Counted from the stretch's first letter, positions 48,225 to 60,742 are shown. The stretch: DNA of 64,000 nucleotides from Candidatus Woesearchaeota archaeon (GCA_043803105.1 JAZDKJ010000006.1:256001-320000), one strand, 5' to 3'. The notes: a model not told the origin generated them from the sequence alone. A program made the numbers and translations.

Positions 48225-48323
48225 GCCGGGCTCGCATAATCAGGTATTGCGTCTGCCTGAAGAGCAGATGGATTCGCGTCCATCAGGGTTCAAATTCTCA
48301 TCATGAGAATCCCTGGCCCGGCG
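48225..48323 (+). tRNA. Ser-type tRNA body with GAA (Phe) anticodon and 59/60 intron (48295-48309)
   Basis: GCCGGGC/GCCCGGC-G73; TCTGC-CTGAAGA-GCAGA; V-arm TGGATTCGCGTCCA; CAGGG-TTCAAAT-CCCTG. Confidence 0.85.
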
Positions 48324-48395
48324 CAAATCAACAAGATTTTCTGCCAGGGTCCGGCCTTTACTCAGGTGTATGTCTAGCTTCCTGTTGTTAGAATT

Positions 48396-48704
48396 CTATT
48401 GTCTGCAGCCAGAGCAGAGTGCAGCCTCTTTGCTGCTTTGCGACATTATCTTTGTGTCTGGCCCTTTCCTCAGCAATGATTCTGTCAACCTTTGAAGCGG
48501 GTCAAACTGCTGATGAACACTGTCTGGCAGAATGTTGGGGCTTGGTAATTGACTGTAATTATCATACATCCTTAAAAGTCCTGGAAGGCCACCATACAGT
48601 GGAATGCCCATTGCATAATCCTTTTTTTCTGGAGGAAGAAACGGAATACTCAGTGCATAATCCTGCTCCTGCTTTCGTTCCGGTACATTATATCCTACTT
48701 CCAT
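48396..48704 (-). CDS. Hypothetical protein
   Basis: ORF with TTTAA upstream. Confidence 0.5.
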   Translation of the reverse strand: MEVGYNVPERKQEQDYALSIPFLPPEKKDYAMGIPLYGGLPGLLRMYDNYSQLPSPNILPDSVHQQFDPLQRLTESLLRKGPDTKIMSQSSKEAALCSGCRQ

Positions 48705-48739
48705 AATACTAAGAATTCCTTTATTCTTTAAATTCCTTT

Positions 48740-51163
<2,424 letters not shown>

Positions 51164-51360
51164 CTAAAAAATAGGACTTTTTCCGTCTGGAATAAACCCC
51201 TGCATATTTAAATACCTTTCGTTTTTGGAATGCCTTTATAGCGTCTAGCAAGCCCGAATTTGGGCTTTGTAGCCGGTGCAATATTTTCCAGTAAAACTAA
51301 TTAATTTCCATATAGAAAAAAAATTGTTCACTTCACCTTTATCCCAAGCACTGGACATCC

Positions 51361-52194
51361 TTGTGTGGGACTTTTAAACCGAAGGATTTCCGTTTAATGC
51401 AGATGATAGAAAACAGTTTTCTTTTCCTGGAGAGAATAAGTGAAGAGCTCGAGAAAAAGTTCTGGCGGCAGGGTATTTGCAGTTGGCATGATTTTCTTCA
51501 GGCAGACAAGATTCTTGGATTGTCAAGCCACAGAAAATTGTACTATGACCGCAGGTTAAAGGAGGCGCAACTGGCGTTGTATAGCCAGGATGCAAACTTT
51601 TTCATTGGCAAACTTCCTGCCTGCGAAAACTGGCGCCTTTACAGGTTCTTTTCAGATGAAGCAGTCTTTCTTGATATCGAGACTGCTGGTCTTGACAGGA
51701 ATGATGCAGTGACTGTTGTTGGCATCTTTGATGGTATCACCACAAAAACCATGATTCGCGGCATCAATCTTGATCCTAAAGCCCTTGCAAGAGAGCTGCA
51801 GAAATACAAGCTCCTTGTGACTTTTAACGGCTCTTCATTTGACATTCCTTTTCTGAAACGCCAGTTCCCTAGCCTGTTGCCCAACATTCCTCATATTGAT
51901 TTGCGCGTCTTGTGCCAAAGAATTGGTTTGTCTGGAGGCCTAAAAAACATAGAAAAGAGGTTTGACATCAAGAGAAACATTATAATTGAGCGTTTATACG
52001 GTGGTGATGCCCTGCGATTGTGGAGGATGTTTCGCGCAAGCAATGATGAGCATTATCTCAAACTCCTTGTAGAATACAATGAGGAGGATATTATCAACCT
52101 GAAGATTATTGCTGATTATGCCTCACGAAAGCTTGAGAAAGATTTGCGGGATCAGTATTTTGTAAGAAAGTTGGTAGACGCAACAACTCCTTAA
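51361..52194 (+). CDS. RNase H-like (YprB/DnaQ-type) exonuclease
   Basis: FLDIET, TFNGSSFD, HIDL, GGLK, YNEED. Confidence 0.88.
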   Translation: MCGTFKPKDFRLMQMIENSFLFLERISEELEKKFWRQGICSWHDFLQADKILGLSSHRKLYYDRRLKEAQLALYSQDANFFIGKLPACENWRLYRFFSDEAVFLDIETAGLDRNDAVTVVGIFDGITTKTMIRGINLDPKALARELQKYKLLVTFNGSSFDIPFLKRQFPSLLPNIPHIDLRVLCQRIGLSGGLKNIEKRFDIKRNIIIERLYGGDALRLWRMFRASNDEHYLKLLVEYNEEDIINLKIIADYASRKLEKDLRDQYFVRKLVDATTP

Positions 52195-52259
52195 CCATGA
52201 AATCATTATTTCTTGTCTTCCTTTGTTATGAGATTGATCAGTGCGCAGTAATCCTTTAA

Positions 52260-53525
52260 TTAGGCCTTTATTGCCTTGACACAATCGTCTATTCCAAGAA
52301 GTTTTTCTTCTCCGCTCTGCATGTTCTTTAGCTTTACCTTTTTCTCCCTTAGCTCTTCCTCTCCGATTATTGCAACAAAAGGAATTCCTAGCGAGTTTGC
52401 ATACTGAAGGTTCTTGCTCGGTCCTCTGCCTGAAAGGTCTACATCTGTCCTTATGCCATTTGCACGCAACTGTTCAGCTATCTTCAGGCTTTGTGCAAAA
52501 GTCTTTATCGGGATTACATAGACCTGTGCTACTGTTTTTGCCCCTGCCTTATTCATCTCTGTATAAGCATCATGTATCCTGTCGAGTCCAAAGGAGATGC
52601 CCACTGCAGGATAGTCTCCCTTGCCAAGGAATTCCCCTATCATCTTGTCATATCTTCCGCCTGCGCAGACTGAGCTTTCTATCTTGGATTTTTTCATGAA
52701 TATCTCGATTACTGTTCCTGTGTAATATGATAGTCCTCTGGCAAGTGCTGCCTCAAACTCTGCCTCAACCCCAATTATCTTTAGATAATTCAGTAGGTCT
52801 TCTAACTCCTTTATTCCGTCTGATTGCACTATCCCCTTGAAGTAGGCTATTTTCTCTTCATTTGTGCCCTTGTAGCTCACAGAGTATAGAAGCTCGTCTA
52901 TCTGATCTTCACTTACCCCTTTGTCTTCCAGCTCTTTCTTGACCCCTGCTACTCCGATTTTTGCCAGTTTGTCAACGCTAAGTATCACTTCCTCATGCTT
53001 TTTGATCTTGAATTTGGTCAGTATGTCGTTGAGTAGCTTCCTGTTGTTTATCTTTATCTTAATCTCAAGCCCCAGAGCATCAAACACTTTTTCTGCAAGC
53101 GATAATAGTTCAGCCTCTGCAGTCACTTCCTTGCATCCTGCGATATCCACGTCGCATTGCGTGAATTGCCTGTATCTGCCAAGCCCCATTGGACCGTCCC
53201 TGAACACCTCTCCCACATGGTATCTCTTGAAAGGCATTTTCAGTTGAGGGTTCATTCCGATGATTCTTGCGAAAGGAACAGTGAGGTCATACCTTAATGC
53301 CAGCTCTCTTCCTCCCTGGTCAGCCAATTTGAAAGTCTCTTTTAGTATCTCTGCCCCTCCAGCATATTTCGACGCCATTACATCAAACCTTTCGAGTACA
53401 GGGGTCTCCAGCGGTGGATAGCCATACAGTTCAAACACTGCCTTTAGTCTGCCCACTATCTCTTGCCTTACAATCTGCTCTTCAGGCAGAAAGTCCCTTG
53501 TTCCCTTTGATCTCTCGAGCTGCAT
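52260..53525 (-). CDS. hisS: Histidine--tRNA ligase
   Basis: KGTRDF, LRYDLTVP, RYRQFTQCD, RGLSYYTG, GGRYD. Confidence 0.97.
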   Translation of the reverse strand: MQLERSKGTRDFLPEEQIVRQEIVGRLKAVFELYGYPPLETPVLERFDVMASKYAGGAEILKETFKLADQGGRELALRYDLTVPFARIIGMNPQLKMPFKRYHVGEVFRDGPMGLGRYRQFTQCDVDIAGCKEVTAEAELLSLAEKVFDALGLEIKIKINNRKLLNDILTKFKIKKHEEVILSVDKLAKIGVAGVKKELEDKGVSEDQIDELLYSVSYKGTNEEKIAYFKGIVQSDGIKELEDLLNYLKIIGVEAEFEAALARGLSYYTGTVIEIFMKKSKIESSVCAGGRYDKMIGEFLGKGDYPAVGISFGLDRIHDAYTEMNKAGAKTVAQVYVIPIKTFAQSLKIAEQLRANGIRTDVDLSGRGPSKNLQYANSLGIPFVAIIGEEELREKKVKLKNMQSGEEKLLGIDDCVKAIKA

Positions 53526-53671
53526 AGACTAACAATTGCGTCCTGATAGTTTATATAATTTGCTATTGGCAGTGCAAAAACAAAAATTTTATAAGCGAGC
53601 CTAAAAAAACGCTGTCTCTGGCCTTTTAAACCCTGGGAAGGGGTTTTCGAGCGAAAATAATTTGATACGAG

Positions 53672-54040
53672 GTGAAAATGAAAGGGGACGGAATTCATCT
53701 GAATCTAGGTAAGTGTAAAATCAACATCGCTGATAATCCTGCACAGCTAAAAAAAGTTATTAACCATCTTGTGAAGCTTACTGGCTTGAAAAAACTCGGC
53801 CGGGGCGATGTGCAGGTCGGTGCGTCATACCTTCCTGGAGCGAGTGTCTGCCAAATCATCGAGACTTCTCATATCGCAATTCATGGTTTTTCGATCAACA
53901 GCTGCTATGATGTTACGATCGTAAGCTGCGCACCTTTTAGCTCAAGAAAGGTGATTTCATATCTGCGCAAAACCTTAAAACCAACGAGCATGAGAAGCCA
54001 GCTCTTCAAAGTGGACACGATTTATCGTGTCACAAAGTAA
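53672..54040 (+). CDS. speD: S-adenosylmethionine decarboxylase-like proenzyme
   Basis: GAS..IETSHIAIH..VSC pyruvoyl-enzyme motif. Confidence 0.75.
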   Translation: MKMKGDGIHLNLGKCKINIADNPAQLKKVINHLVKLTGLKKLGRGDVQVGASYLPGASVCQIIETSHIAIHGFSINSCYDVTIVSCAPFSSRKVISYLRKTLKPTSMRSQLFKVDTIYRVTK

Positions 54041-54042
54041 CC

Positions 54043-54654
54043 CTATTTTTTGTGCTTATACCTTCCCCTTTTCTCTACTATCTCAAGCCTCTTAAGGATC
54101 TCTGCTGATTGTTTTGCGTCTTTCTCATACGCCTTGAGTGCAGCATTAAAGCATTCATTGCAGATGGTGTAATGCTTTGATTCTAGCGCCTGCTTGAACA
54201 AATGCAGGTCCACTGCCTTGTCTTCAACCTTTTCAGAAAAAAAGCTTAGCCCAAAATCGATGAAGTAGACCTCTGTGTGCATTATCATGTTGCTCGTTGT
54301 CAGGTCTCCGTGGATTATTCCATTGTTGTGCACTATGGCAATTTTTCTGCCTATCTCTTGGCTTATCTTATGATAGTCTGATTTCTCAAGTAGATCCCTT
54401 ACCTTCTCCCCAGGAATATACTCCATGACCAAAGTCTGCTTCTCATCATTATTTATGAGTTTTGGGCTTGGAAAGCCTATCCTCTGCAGCCGTCCTATGA
54501 CCTTGGCTTCTCTGTTTGTCCGAAATCTCCTCAGCCTGTTGTCTATTTCCTGGATCCTATAACCTTTCTTGACTCTCTCCTTGACAACATCCTTATCATG
54601 ATAGATGATTGCCTCTGCTCCCCTGCCTATGATTTTTCTGGCCATGTCCTGCAC
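54043..54654 (-). CDS. bud32: KEOPS kinase Bud32
   Basis: GAEA, HGDLTTSN, IDFGL, EDKAVDL, RGRY. Confidence 0.95.
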   Translation of the reverse strand: MQDMARKIIGRGAEAIIYHDKDVVKERVKKGYRIQEIDNRLRRFRTNREAKVIGRLQRIGFPSPKLINNDEKQTLVMEYIPGEKVRDLLEKSDYHKISQEIGRKIAIVHNNGIIHGDLTTSNMIMHTEVYFIDFGLSFFSEKVEDKAVDLHLFKQALESKHYTICNECFNAALKAYEKDAKQSAEILKRLEIVEKRGRYKHKK

Positions 54655-54813
54655 AACCTTCGAAAGATTATATAAATTTTTGTAGCTTTTTCGGCTATAA
54701 AACTAAAGGTTTAAAAAGGGTGCGTAATCTCTTCTTATAGAACATATAAGAGAATGTAACTAGTTCTTTTGTGTGTTGGATAAATAAGTAACAAACGAAT
54801 TAGGTGAATGAAT

Positions 54814-54969
54814 ATGGCCTTTGGGCAAAGACGAGATTTTGGCGGAGAGAGAAAGATGTTTAAGGTGACCTGTGCTGATTGCGGCAATGAAACAGAAGTC
54901 CCCTTCAAACCGGACGGCACCCGCCCAGTATATTGCAGAGACTGCTACATGAAGCGAAAGAAAGTTTAA
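54814..54969 (+). CDS. CxxC-x17-CxxC zinc-ribbon protein (not in ORF track)
   Basis: MFKVTCADCGNETEVPFKPDGTRPVYCRDC. Confidence 0.9.
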   Translation: MAFGQRRDFGGERKMFKVTCADCGNETEVPFKPDGTRPVYCRDCYMKRKKV

Positions 54970-55033
54970 ATTCTTTTATTTTCTTTTTTTATCGCCGAAA
55001 CATTTTTATAGTAGTAAAACTGGACTTTGAGCA

Positions 55034-55354
55034 GTGATTTGCTTGGCAGAAACCTTACAACTTGGCGGCAACATTGAATTGACCGGTTTTTCTGAGGTTG
55101 ATCCTGCTACTTTGGTGGTCTTGAAGAAGATTGTTGGCAACCATGCCAAGAGGTTCTCGACTGTTGCCAAGGACTTTGAGAAGCTTCACATCACTCTAAA
55201 GAACGTGCACAAGCAGGAGGATTCCCAGAAGTATGAGCTTCACGCAAAGCTTGACGCCGGAGGCAAGAGCTATGTTGCAGAGATTACTGACCTTAACCTT
55301 TTCTTCGTGCTTGACAAGGTCTTGAAAAAGATTGAGAACGAGATTTCTAAATAG
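55034..55354 (+). CDS. HPF/RaiA-like fold protein
   Basis: KYELHAKL..NLFFVLDKVLKKIENEI. Confidence 0.6.
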   Translation: MICLAETLQLGGNIELTGFSEVDPATLVVLKKIVGNHAKRFSTVAKDFEKLHITLKNVHKQEDSQKYELHAKLDAGGKSYVAEITDLNLFFVLDKVLKKIENEISK

Positions 55355-55882
55355 TTAGTACCCGCTAAATTCTTTTAGTTCGTCCTGCCATCTTTCGCCA
55401 ATTCTCCAAAGGTTCTGGACAACATCTTTGGCTTCAATTGTAGGCTGGACAAAATAATTGTTTGCATGGTCCTTTCTTAAAAATAAACCGAACTGGTAAT
55501 AACTACAGTCTGGTACGGTTCTGCCTGTGTAGGTTGCTGTTGGTTGTACCAAGAGCTTCAGCTCAAGGGAGTGATCCAAAGCATCTGCAAACGCTTGATT
55601 CAATGTTTTGAAAATGTTCTCAAGGTTCAAGGTTTTCACTCGCCCTAAGTTTGCTGCCAGGGTTTTTTGCAGGGGCAGATAATCCGTGACGATGGAATTC
55701 AGGACTATGTTTTGTGGTCCATGTTGCCTGCCAAGCCTGCGAAAGTACTCTTCCGGAGTTGACCTAAGTCTACTTGAAGGAAGTGTTAGCTTTTTTTCAC
55801 CTAAAAGTATTGCTTCTGGTGGTGACTGCTTCTCCCTTAGGTGTCTTGGCCGCTGTATGTGATGGCCCTTCTTGTATGGCAT
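55355..55882 (-). CDS. Hypothetical protein
   Basis: ORF with TTTATAA upstream. Confidence 0.55.
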   Translation of the reverse strand: MPYKKGHHIQRPRHLREKQSPPEAILLGEKKLTLPSSRLRSTPEEYFRRLGRQHGPQNIVLNSIVTDYLPLQKTLAANLGRVKTLNLENIFKTLNQAFADALDHSLELKLLVQPTATYTGRTVPDCSYYQFGLFLRKDHANNYFVQPTIEAKDVVQNLWRIGERWQDELKEFSGY

Positions 55883-55944
55883 AAGACTTGTTGTTCATAC
55901 AGAACTTATAAAGCTTTTTGGCTAATTTTATATACTAGGAAAGC

Positions 55945-56721
55945 TTGTTTGTTCTCATGAAACTCGACCATGTCCTTCTGGTGCATAGCATTCAGGGCTG
56001 CAAGACAACTGCCCTGGTTGAGGATGTGCTTGACAGCCATGACATTGGCCACACAGTGATTCATCGGTCTCGATTAGCTCAAAGGTTCTTCAAAGGCAAT
56101 GACCTTGTTATTGTTGTTGGCGGTGACGGCACTCTCCTGCGCACATCCCACTTTGTCAAGGACAAAACCCCTGTTCTTGGCGTAAACTGCAATGTTAAGG
56201 TAAATGAAGGATTTTTCATGCGGGCAAACAGGGACAATTTTGCGGGCAGGCTTCTTCGTATTCTGAAGGGAAAAAACCGCCTCTTGAAACTGCATCGGCT
56301 TGAAGTCACCCTCAATAATAAGCTGCTTCCAGAGCTTGCCTTGAATGATGTTTTTCTTGGAGACCACAAATCCTATCATGTTGCAAGGTACTGGCTCGAT
56401 AACGAGTACCAGAAGAGCAGTGGCGTAATTGTTTCGACAGCAGCAGGAAGTTATAGCTGGTACAAGTCAGCAGGTGGCAAGCCTCTTGCGCTTGGCTCGT
56501 CAAAATTTGCATTCAAGGTAAGAGAACCTTACACCGGCCGGCTCTTTCGCCCAAGAAAACTGTCTGGTATCCTCAATCCAGGCCAAAGGCTTACTGTCAG
56601 GTCAGATATATTTGACGGGCTCATAGTCTTTGACAGCGTGAGCCAGGAATACAAGTTCTGCTGCAGCGATACTGCTGTTATTAAGTTGTCTAAAAAGCCT
56701 CTTTTGCTCGTAGAATTCTAG
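55945..56721 (+). CDS. nadK: NAD kinase
   Basis: GGDGTLL, LND, STAAGS..SAGG. Confidence 0.9.
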   Translation: MFVLMKLDHVLLVHSIQGCKTTALVEDVLDSHDIGHTVIHRSRLAQRFFKGNDLVIVVGGDGTLLRTSHFVKDKTPVLGVNCNVKVNEGFFMRANRDNFAGRLLRILKGKNRLLKLHRLEVTLNNKLLPELALNDVFLGDHKSYHVARYWLDNEYQKSSGVIVSTAAGSYSWYKSAGGKPLALGSSKFAFKVREPYTGRLFRPRKLSGILNPGQRLTVRSDIFDGLIVFDSVSQEYKFCCSDTAVIKLSKKPLLLVEF

Positions 56722-58163
56722 CTGTTTAAACCAAGGCTCTCAATGACTATGCTCGGGTCAAATTTCTTTAAGTCTTGATATTCTTGTCCTGTGCCAATAT
56801 ATAGTATTGGCTTGTTTGTGACGTAAGAGATGGATATTGCAGCCCCGCCCTTTTCGTCTATGTCTGCCTTTGAGAGGATGATACCGTCAAGGTGTACTGC
56901 CTCGTTGAACATCCTCGCCTGCTCTACGCAGTCATTGCCTGTGATTGACTCACCGACAAATATTACCATGTCAGGCTTTGCAACCCTCACTACCTTTTTC
57001 ATCTCGTCCATCAGGTTTGCGTTTGAGTGCAGCCTTCCCGCAGTGTCAATGAGAACTACATCCTTGTTCTTCGACTCTGCATGTTTTATCGCGTCAAACG
57101 CAACAGCTGCTGCGTCGCTCCCATAATCATGTTTTATCAGCCTTACGCCAAGCTTGTCTGCATGTACTTCAAGCTGGTCGATTGCCGCTGCCCGAAATGT
57201 GTCTGCTGCTGCAATCACTACTGACAAGCTGTGCTGCTTGAACAGGTATGCGACCTTTGCTATTGTTGTTGTCTTCCCAGAGCCGTTTACTCCGACAAAG
57301 CATATCACATAAGGTTTCTTCTTTTTTGCAGACTCTACTAGGTCTGTGGGTTTGAATTCCTTGAATAGGTCTTCCACAGACCGGGTTAGCGATTTTGTGA
57401 TTGTATCTTCTATGGAGCCACGCCGTATTGGTTTGTCCACTATCTGTCCCTTTAGGTCTTGCTTCATTTTGTCAATGACCTCAACTGCCACATTGTTCTC
57501 CAGGAGCACAACCTCGAGGTCCCAGAACATCTCGTTGAATTTGTCTTCAGTTATGCTTACTGTCTGGACTTTTTCCTTGAGTTTCTGAAAAATCCCCTTG
57601 GCCTCTTCAGCCTTTGGCTCTTCTTCTTTTGTTTCTTGCTTTGTGAATCTCTCCTTGATTTTCTGAAAGAATCCGGTTTTTTCTTCGGTTGCAGGTTCTT
57701 TTGTCAGAGCGACTTTTTCTTCCTCCCATTTTACTTCTGCTTTTTTCACTTCTTTTAGAGGTTCTGCTTTTTGTTCTTCTTTGATGTGTTCTGCTTTTTT
57801 TTCTCGTTTAGCAGGCCCTCTTTCTTCCGTGACAGGTGCAGCCTTTTTTTCTGCTTGGATAGGATCTCTCTTGATTGGCTCAACTTTTTTTTCTTCTTTG
57901 ACAGGCTCTACCCTTTTCTCTTCCTGTGGTTTCTTAGGTTCTTCGAGCTTCTTTTGGATTGGTGGAGCGCTTTCTGCCTGCTTTTTTATTTGCTCTGGTT
58001 TCTGTTCCTCTTTCTTATGCCCCTCTGGTTTGTGCTCGGGTTTTTTTGCTGGTTCAACCTTCTTCAATGGTTCTTCCTGAGGCTCCTCCTCTGCAGTCTT
58101 TTCTGCTTTCTGCGAGAAGATTGAAATAGCCGACTTTAGCTTCTCCTTCAAGAACTTGAACAT
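56718..58163 (-). CDS. ftsY: SRP receptor FtsY
   Basis: GVNGSGKTT, DTFRAAA, DTAGR, KGG, GTGQ. Confidence 0.96.
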   Translation of the reverse strand: MFKFLKEKLKSAISIFSQKAEKTAEEEPQEEPLKKVEPAKKPEHKPEGHKKEEQKPEQIKKQAESAPPIQKKLEEPKKPQEEKRVEPVKEEKKVEPIKRDPIQAEKKAAPVTEERGPAKREKKAEHIKEEQKAEPLKEVKKAEVKWEEEKVALTKEPATEEKTGFFQKIKERFTKQETKEEEPKAEEAKGIFQKLKEKVQTVSITEDKFNEMFWDLEVVLLENNVAVEVIDKMKQDLKGQIVDKPIRRGSIEDTITKSLTRSVEDLFKEFKPTDLVESAKKKKPYVICFVGVNGSGKTTTIAKVAYLFKQHSLSVVIAAADTFRAAAIDQLEVHADKLGVRLIKHDYGSDAAAVAFDAIKHAESKNKDVVLIDTAGRLHSNANLMDEMKKVVRVAKPDMVIFVGESITGNDCVEQARMFNEAVHLDGIILSKADIDEKGGAAISISYVTNKPILYIGTGQEYQDLKKFDPSIVIESLGLNS

Positions 58164-58165
58164 TC

Positions 58166-58573
58166 CTATTCACCAGATTCAGTTATTTCCCTTTCCAATC
58201 CTTGCATCTGGCTTTCTATCTTTTGTACCACTTCGATTATCGCTTGGTGCATCCTCTGCACTTCAATGAGCTGTTTTGAGAGCATTTCTTGTGTGGAGTC
58301 CACTGTTTTTGAAACTGCTGTTCCCGCCCCAACATTGACTATGAGCTCTCCTGGCTTTTGGATTTTTGCTTTGGCAAAAATCCCGCTACTCACCGGAACC
58401 AGAATCTCTGTGCCTTCCTTGACTTTCTTTAACTCCTCAAGCCCTTGCTGGGTGTATATGATTTCCACCACCTGGTCCTCCAGCGCTTGCAGTTGCTTTT
58501 GCGTCTGCTTCATTTGCTGGTCAAGCATCTGGAATTCCATGTATTTTTGCTGCAGTTCTTCCTGTTTAACCAT
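58166..58573 (-). CDS. pfdA: Prefoldin alpha subunit
   Basis: EILVPVSSGIF..IVNVGAG. Confidence 0.92.
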   Translation of the reverse strand: MVKQEELQQKYMEFQMLDQQMKQTQKQLQALEDQVVEIIYTQQGLEELKKVKEGTEILVPVSSGIFAKAKIQKPGELIVNVGAGTAVSKTVDSTQEMLSKQLIEVQRMHQAIIEVVQKIESQMQGLEREITESGE

Positions 58574-58615
58574 CCTCTTGAGAAACCGCTCTTTCTTTAA
58601 AAATGTTTGCGATGG

Positions 58616-59356
58616 CTATGAGAGTTCCCTGTCTACCTCTTTTCTCGCAAGAATTATCTCGATGTCTCCGAAATGCTCTTTTTGCCACAGGTCGATTTTC
58701 CTTTGGTTTGACAGGTGGAGCAATGGTATGAAAGTGTGCACCTTGTCTTTTTTTGCTTCAGAAGGTACCAACTCAGAGAACGTCACGACCTTATGCCCTG
58801 TTGAGAACATTACCATTATTTGGTTGTACACCTTCCTTATGACTACGCTGATGTCCATCTTCTTCTCGGGTGCTTCCATCTGGAGGGCTGGGATGTCTCG
58901 CATGATTCTCCTGCGCTTCACCTCGAGTGCTTGCTCAAGAGCTCCTATAAGATCATATACCGAGACCTTTCTCTTTCTTGGTTGAGGTGTCCTGGGGATT
59001 AGCCCCGGTGCCATTAGGTCCTCTTTCCTCAACATGTTGTTCTCTAATTCGTCATAGAATTGATCCTGGTCAATGTCATCAGTTGGGTAGAGCAGCCTGT
59101 CAAGCTCAAGCATGTCGTCTCCGACCAATCGGGTTGATTTGATTCTAAGAAGTATTGCAGCTGCGAGGAGCACCTTGCCAGAAACCCGAAAGTCCATCTG
59201 CTGCAGTCCCTTCACTATTCCGATGTACTTATGCGTGAGCTCTGTTATGTTGATGTCCCATGGGTCCATCTGCTCTGTTCGCACGAGGTCGTAGATGATG
59301 GTCTGCCAGGTGATGTCATCCTGTTCGAACAGCAATTGGAATATTTTCTCCTGCAT
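58616..59356 (-). CDS. scpA: Segregation/condensation protein A
   Basis: MDPWDINI, AAILLRIKS, FIPLLHL..QKEHFGDI. Confidence 0.9.
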   Translation of the reverse strand: MQEKIFQLLFEQDDITWQTIIYDLVRTEQMDPWDINITELTHKYIGIVKGLQQMDFRVSGKVLLAAAILLRIKSTRLVGDDMLELDRLLYPTDDIDQDQFYDELENNMLRKEDLMAPGLIPRTPQPRKRKVSVYDLIGALEQALEVKRRRIMRDIPALQMEAPEKKMDISVVIRKVYNQIMVMFSTGHKVVTFSELVPSEAKKDKVHTFIPLLHLSNQRKIDLWQKEHFGDIEIILARKEVDRELS

Positions 59357-59399
59357 CCTGGTTCTTTTGTTTGAGAAATAGTATTTAAACCTATTGCTG

Positions 59400-60035
59400 C
59401 TACAGGTACTTGTCTACCTCGGAAAGATTGGTTATCTTGTGGTCGTAGGTTCTTGTATTTTTCCGGTCGATTAGAACAGGCTTTATGCCAGCCTTTTCAG
59501 CTCCTAGTATGTCGCTCTGCATGCTATCCCCTACCATTATCACCTCATCCTTCTTGACATGCAGCTTCCTTAGCACATATCCGAACATCTTTGGGTCTGT
59601 CTTCAGGAATCCTATTTCATAGGAGCATGCTATCACGTCAAAGAATTTTCGCATGTCAAATTTCTCAAGCACTGGTTCCACTGAGAAAGGGTCTGTGTTT
59701 GAAATAATCGCCAGCTTGTGGTTTTTTTTCAGCCTTTCGAGCGTCTGTATTGTTTCCGGGAATGGCTTGGCAAGGAGCATGTTCTTGTTCCACATGCCTA
59801 TAACCCTCTCGACATCGTAGGGTTTTGGCTGGATTTGGAATTCCTTGCAAACCTCTTCAAATGCTTCATTTAGGTTGGCGTACTTCTTTATCATGAATGC
59901 TGTCTCGAATTTTGTGACAAACTCATGGAAGGGCATGTTTATCCTCAGAATGTATTGGACCTGCTTAATTGGCGACGGGAACACCCCTGATTCAAGCAAT
60001 GTTCCCCACGAGTCAAATAATACTGCCTTTATCAT
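59400..60035 (-). CDS. HAD-superfamily hydrolase
   Basis: FDSWGTL, ISN, K, VGDS..D. Confidence 0.9.
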   Translation of the reverse strand: MIKAVLFDSWGTLLESGVFPSPIKQVQYILRINMPFHEFVTKFETAFMIKKYANLNEAFEEVCKEFQIQPKPYDVERVIGMWNKNMLLAKPFPETIQTLERLKKNHKLAIISNTDPFSVEPVLEKFDMRKFFDVIACSYEIGFLKTDPKMFGYVLRKLHVKKDEVIMVGDSMQSDILGAEKAGIKPVLIDRKNTRTYDHKITNLSEVDKYL

Positions 60036-60514
60036 AATTTAATCACTTCCACTTTGTCTTTTATTGTATCTAGCACCATTATAGTTTCAGATCCGCCATA
60101 ATAGTGCGCCCCAGGGTTTAGCAGCCTTGTTTTTCCCAACATTTCATCAGTCAGGAGGTGCGTATGCCCGCTCAAAACATATCGGTATTTGCCTGAGCTA
60201 ATAAACTTATCCAGTTTTTGCTTGTCTGTTCCGTGGTAGATGAAGAGTTTCTTTCCGTCGAGGATTATCTCTGCCTGCTCGCCAAGGTACTCTCCGCCGA
60301 TTTCTGCGAGTTTTGTCTTGAATGCCTCGATGTCCCGATCGCAGTTGCCTCTCACCATCTTGAGCACTATGCCATTGAAGAACTCTATGGTCTTCGGTGC
60401 AACAATGTCTCCGCAATGCAAGACAAGGCTTACATCCCTTTTTTGAAAAGCCTTTACAGCAAACAAAATATTCTCGACATTGTCGTGCGTGTCAGATATG
60501 ATTCCTATTTTCAT
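60032..60514 (-). CDS. YfcE/MJ0936-type metallophosphoesterase
   Basis: SDTHDN, HCGD, GNCD, YHG, GHTH, NPG. Confidence 0.9.
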   Translation of the reverse strand: MKIGIISDTHDNVENILFAVKAFQKRDVSLVLHCGDIVAPKTIEFFNGIVLKMVRGNCDRDIEAFKTKLAEIGGEYLGEQAEIILDGKKLFIYHGTDKQKLDKFISSGKYRYVLSGHTHLLTDEMLGKTRLLNPGAHYYGGSETIMVLDTIKDKVEVIKL

Positions 60515-60520
60515 CGTAAG

Positions 60521-60646
60521 TGGACCGGCCGGGATTTGAATTTCCGCTCGAGAGCATGTTGCTCTAGAGTCCCGGAGCCTCCGCATAGCCAATGCGGCGT
60601 TCTATTCCCTAACAGTGCACCTGTCACCAGGTTGAACCACCGGCCC
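60521..60646 (-). tRNA. tRNA-Ala(GGC) with two non-canonical BHB introns (D-loop 60606-60625; 53/54 60541-60570)
   Basis: GGGCCGG/CCGGTCC-A with G3:U70; CCGCA-TTGGCTA-TGCGG; BHB helices CCTG/TAGG and TCCG/CGGA. Confidence 0.88.
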
Positions 60647-60742
60647 ACAAAGTTTTTGGTTTGTCTTGGTCAGACGAATATTTACTTTCATTCGGCTGAG
60701 GGACTTTATGTCCCGCGATGGTGCGAGCTTACTTTGAAGCTC

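Noticed and set aside
43357-48323. Calling the GAA genes ordinary tRNA-Phe (and 7594-7761 tRNA-Ile)
   Set aside because: Long paired variable arms and G73 do not fit canonical archaeal tRNA-Phe/Ile, which have a short V-loop and A73.
7594-48323. A35-to-I editing restoring Ser anticodons as the general explanation
   Set aside because: It would fit GAA to GGA, but GAT would become GGT (Thr), not GCT; not excluded for the GAA copies alone.
57600-58100. Repetitive E/K/P-rich stretch in ftsY and the long antisense ORFs over it
   Set aside because: Typical low-complexity FtsY N-terminal region; the antisense ORFs here and across the window are shadows of real genes.
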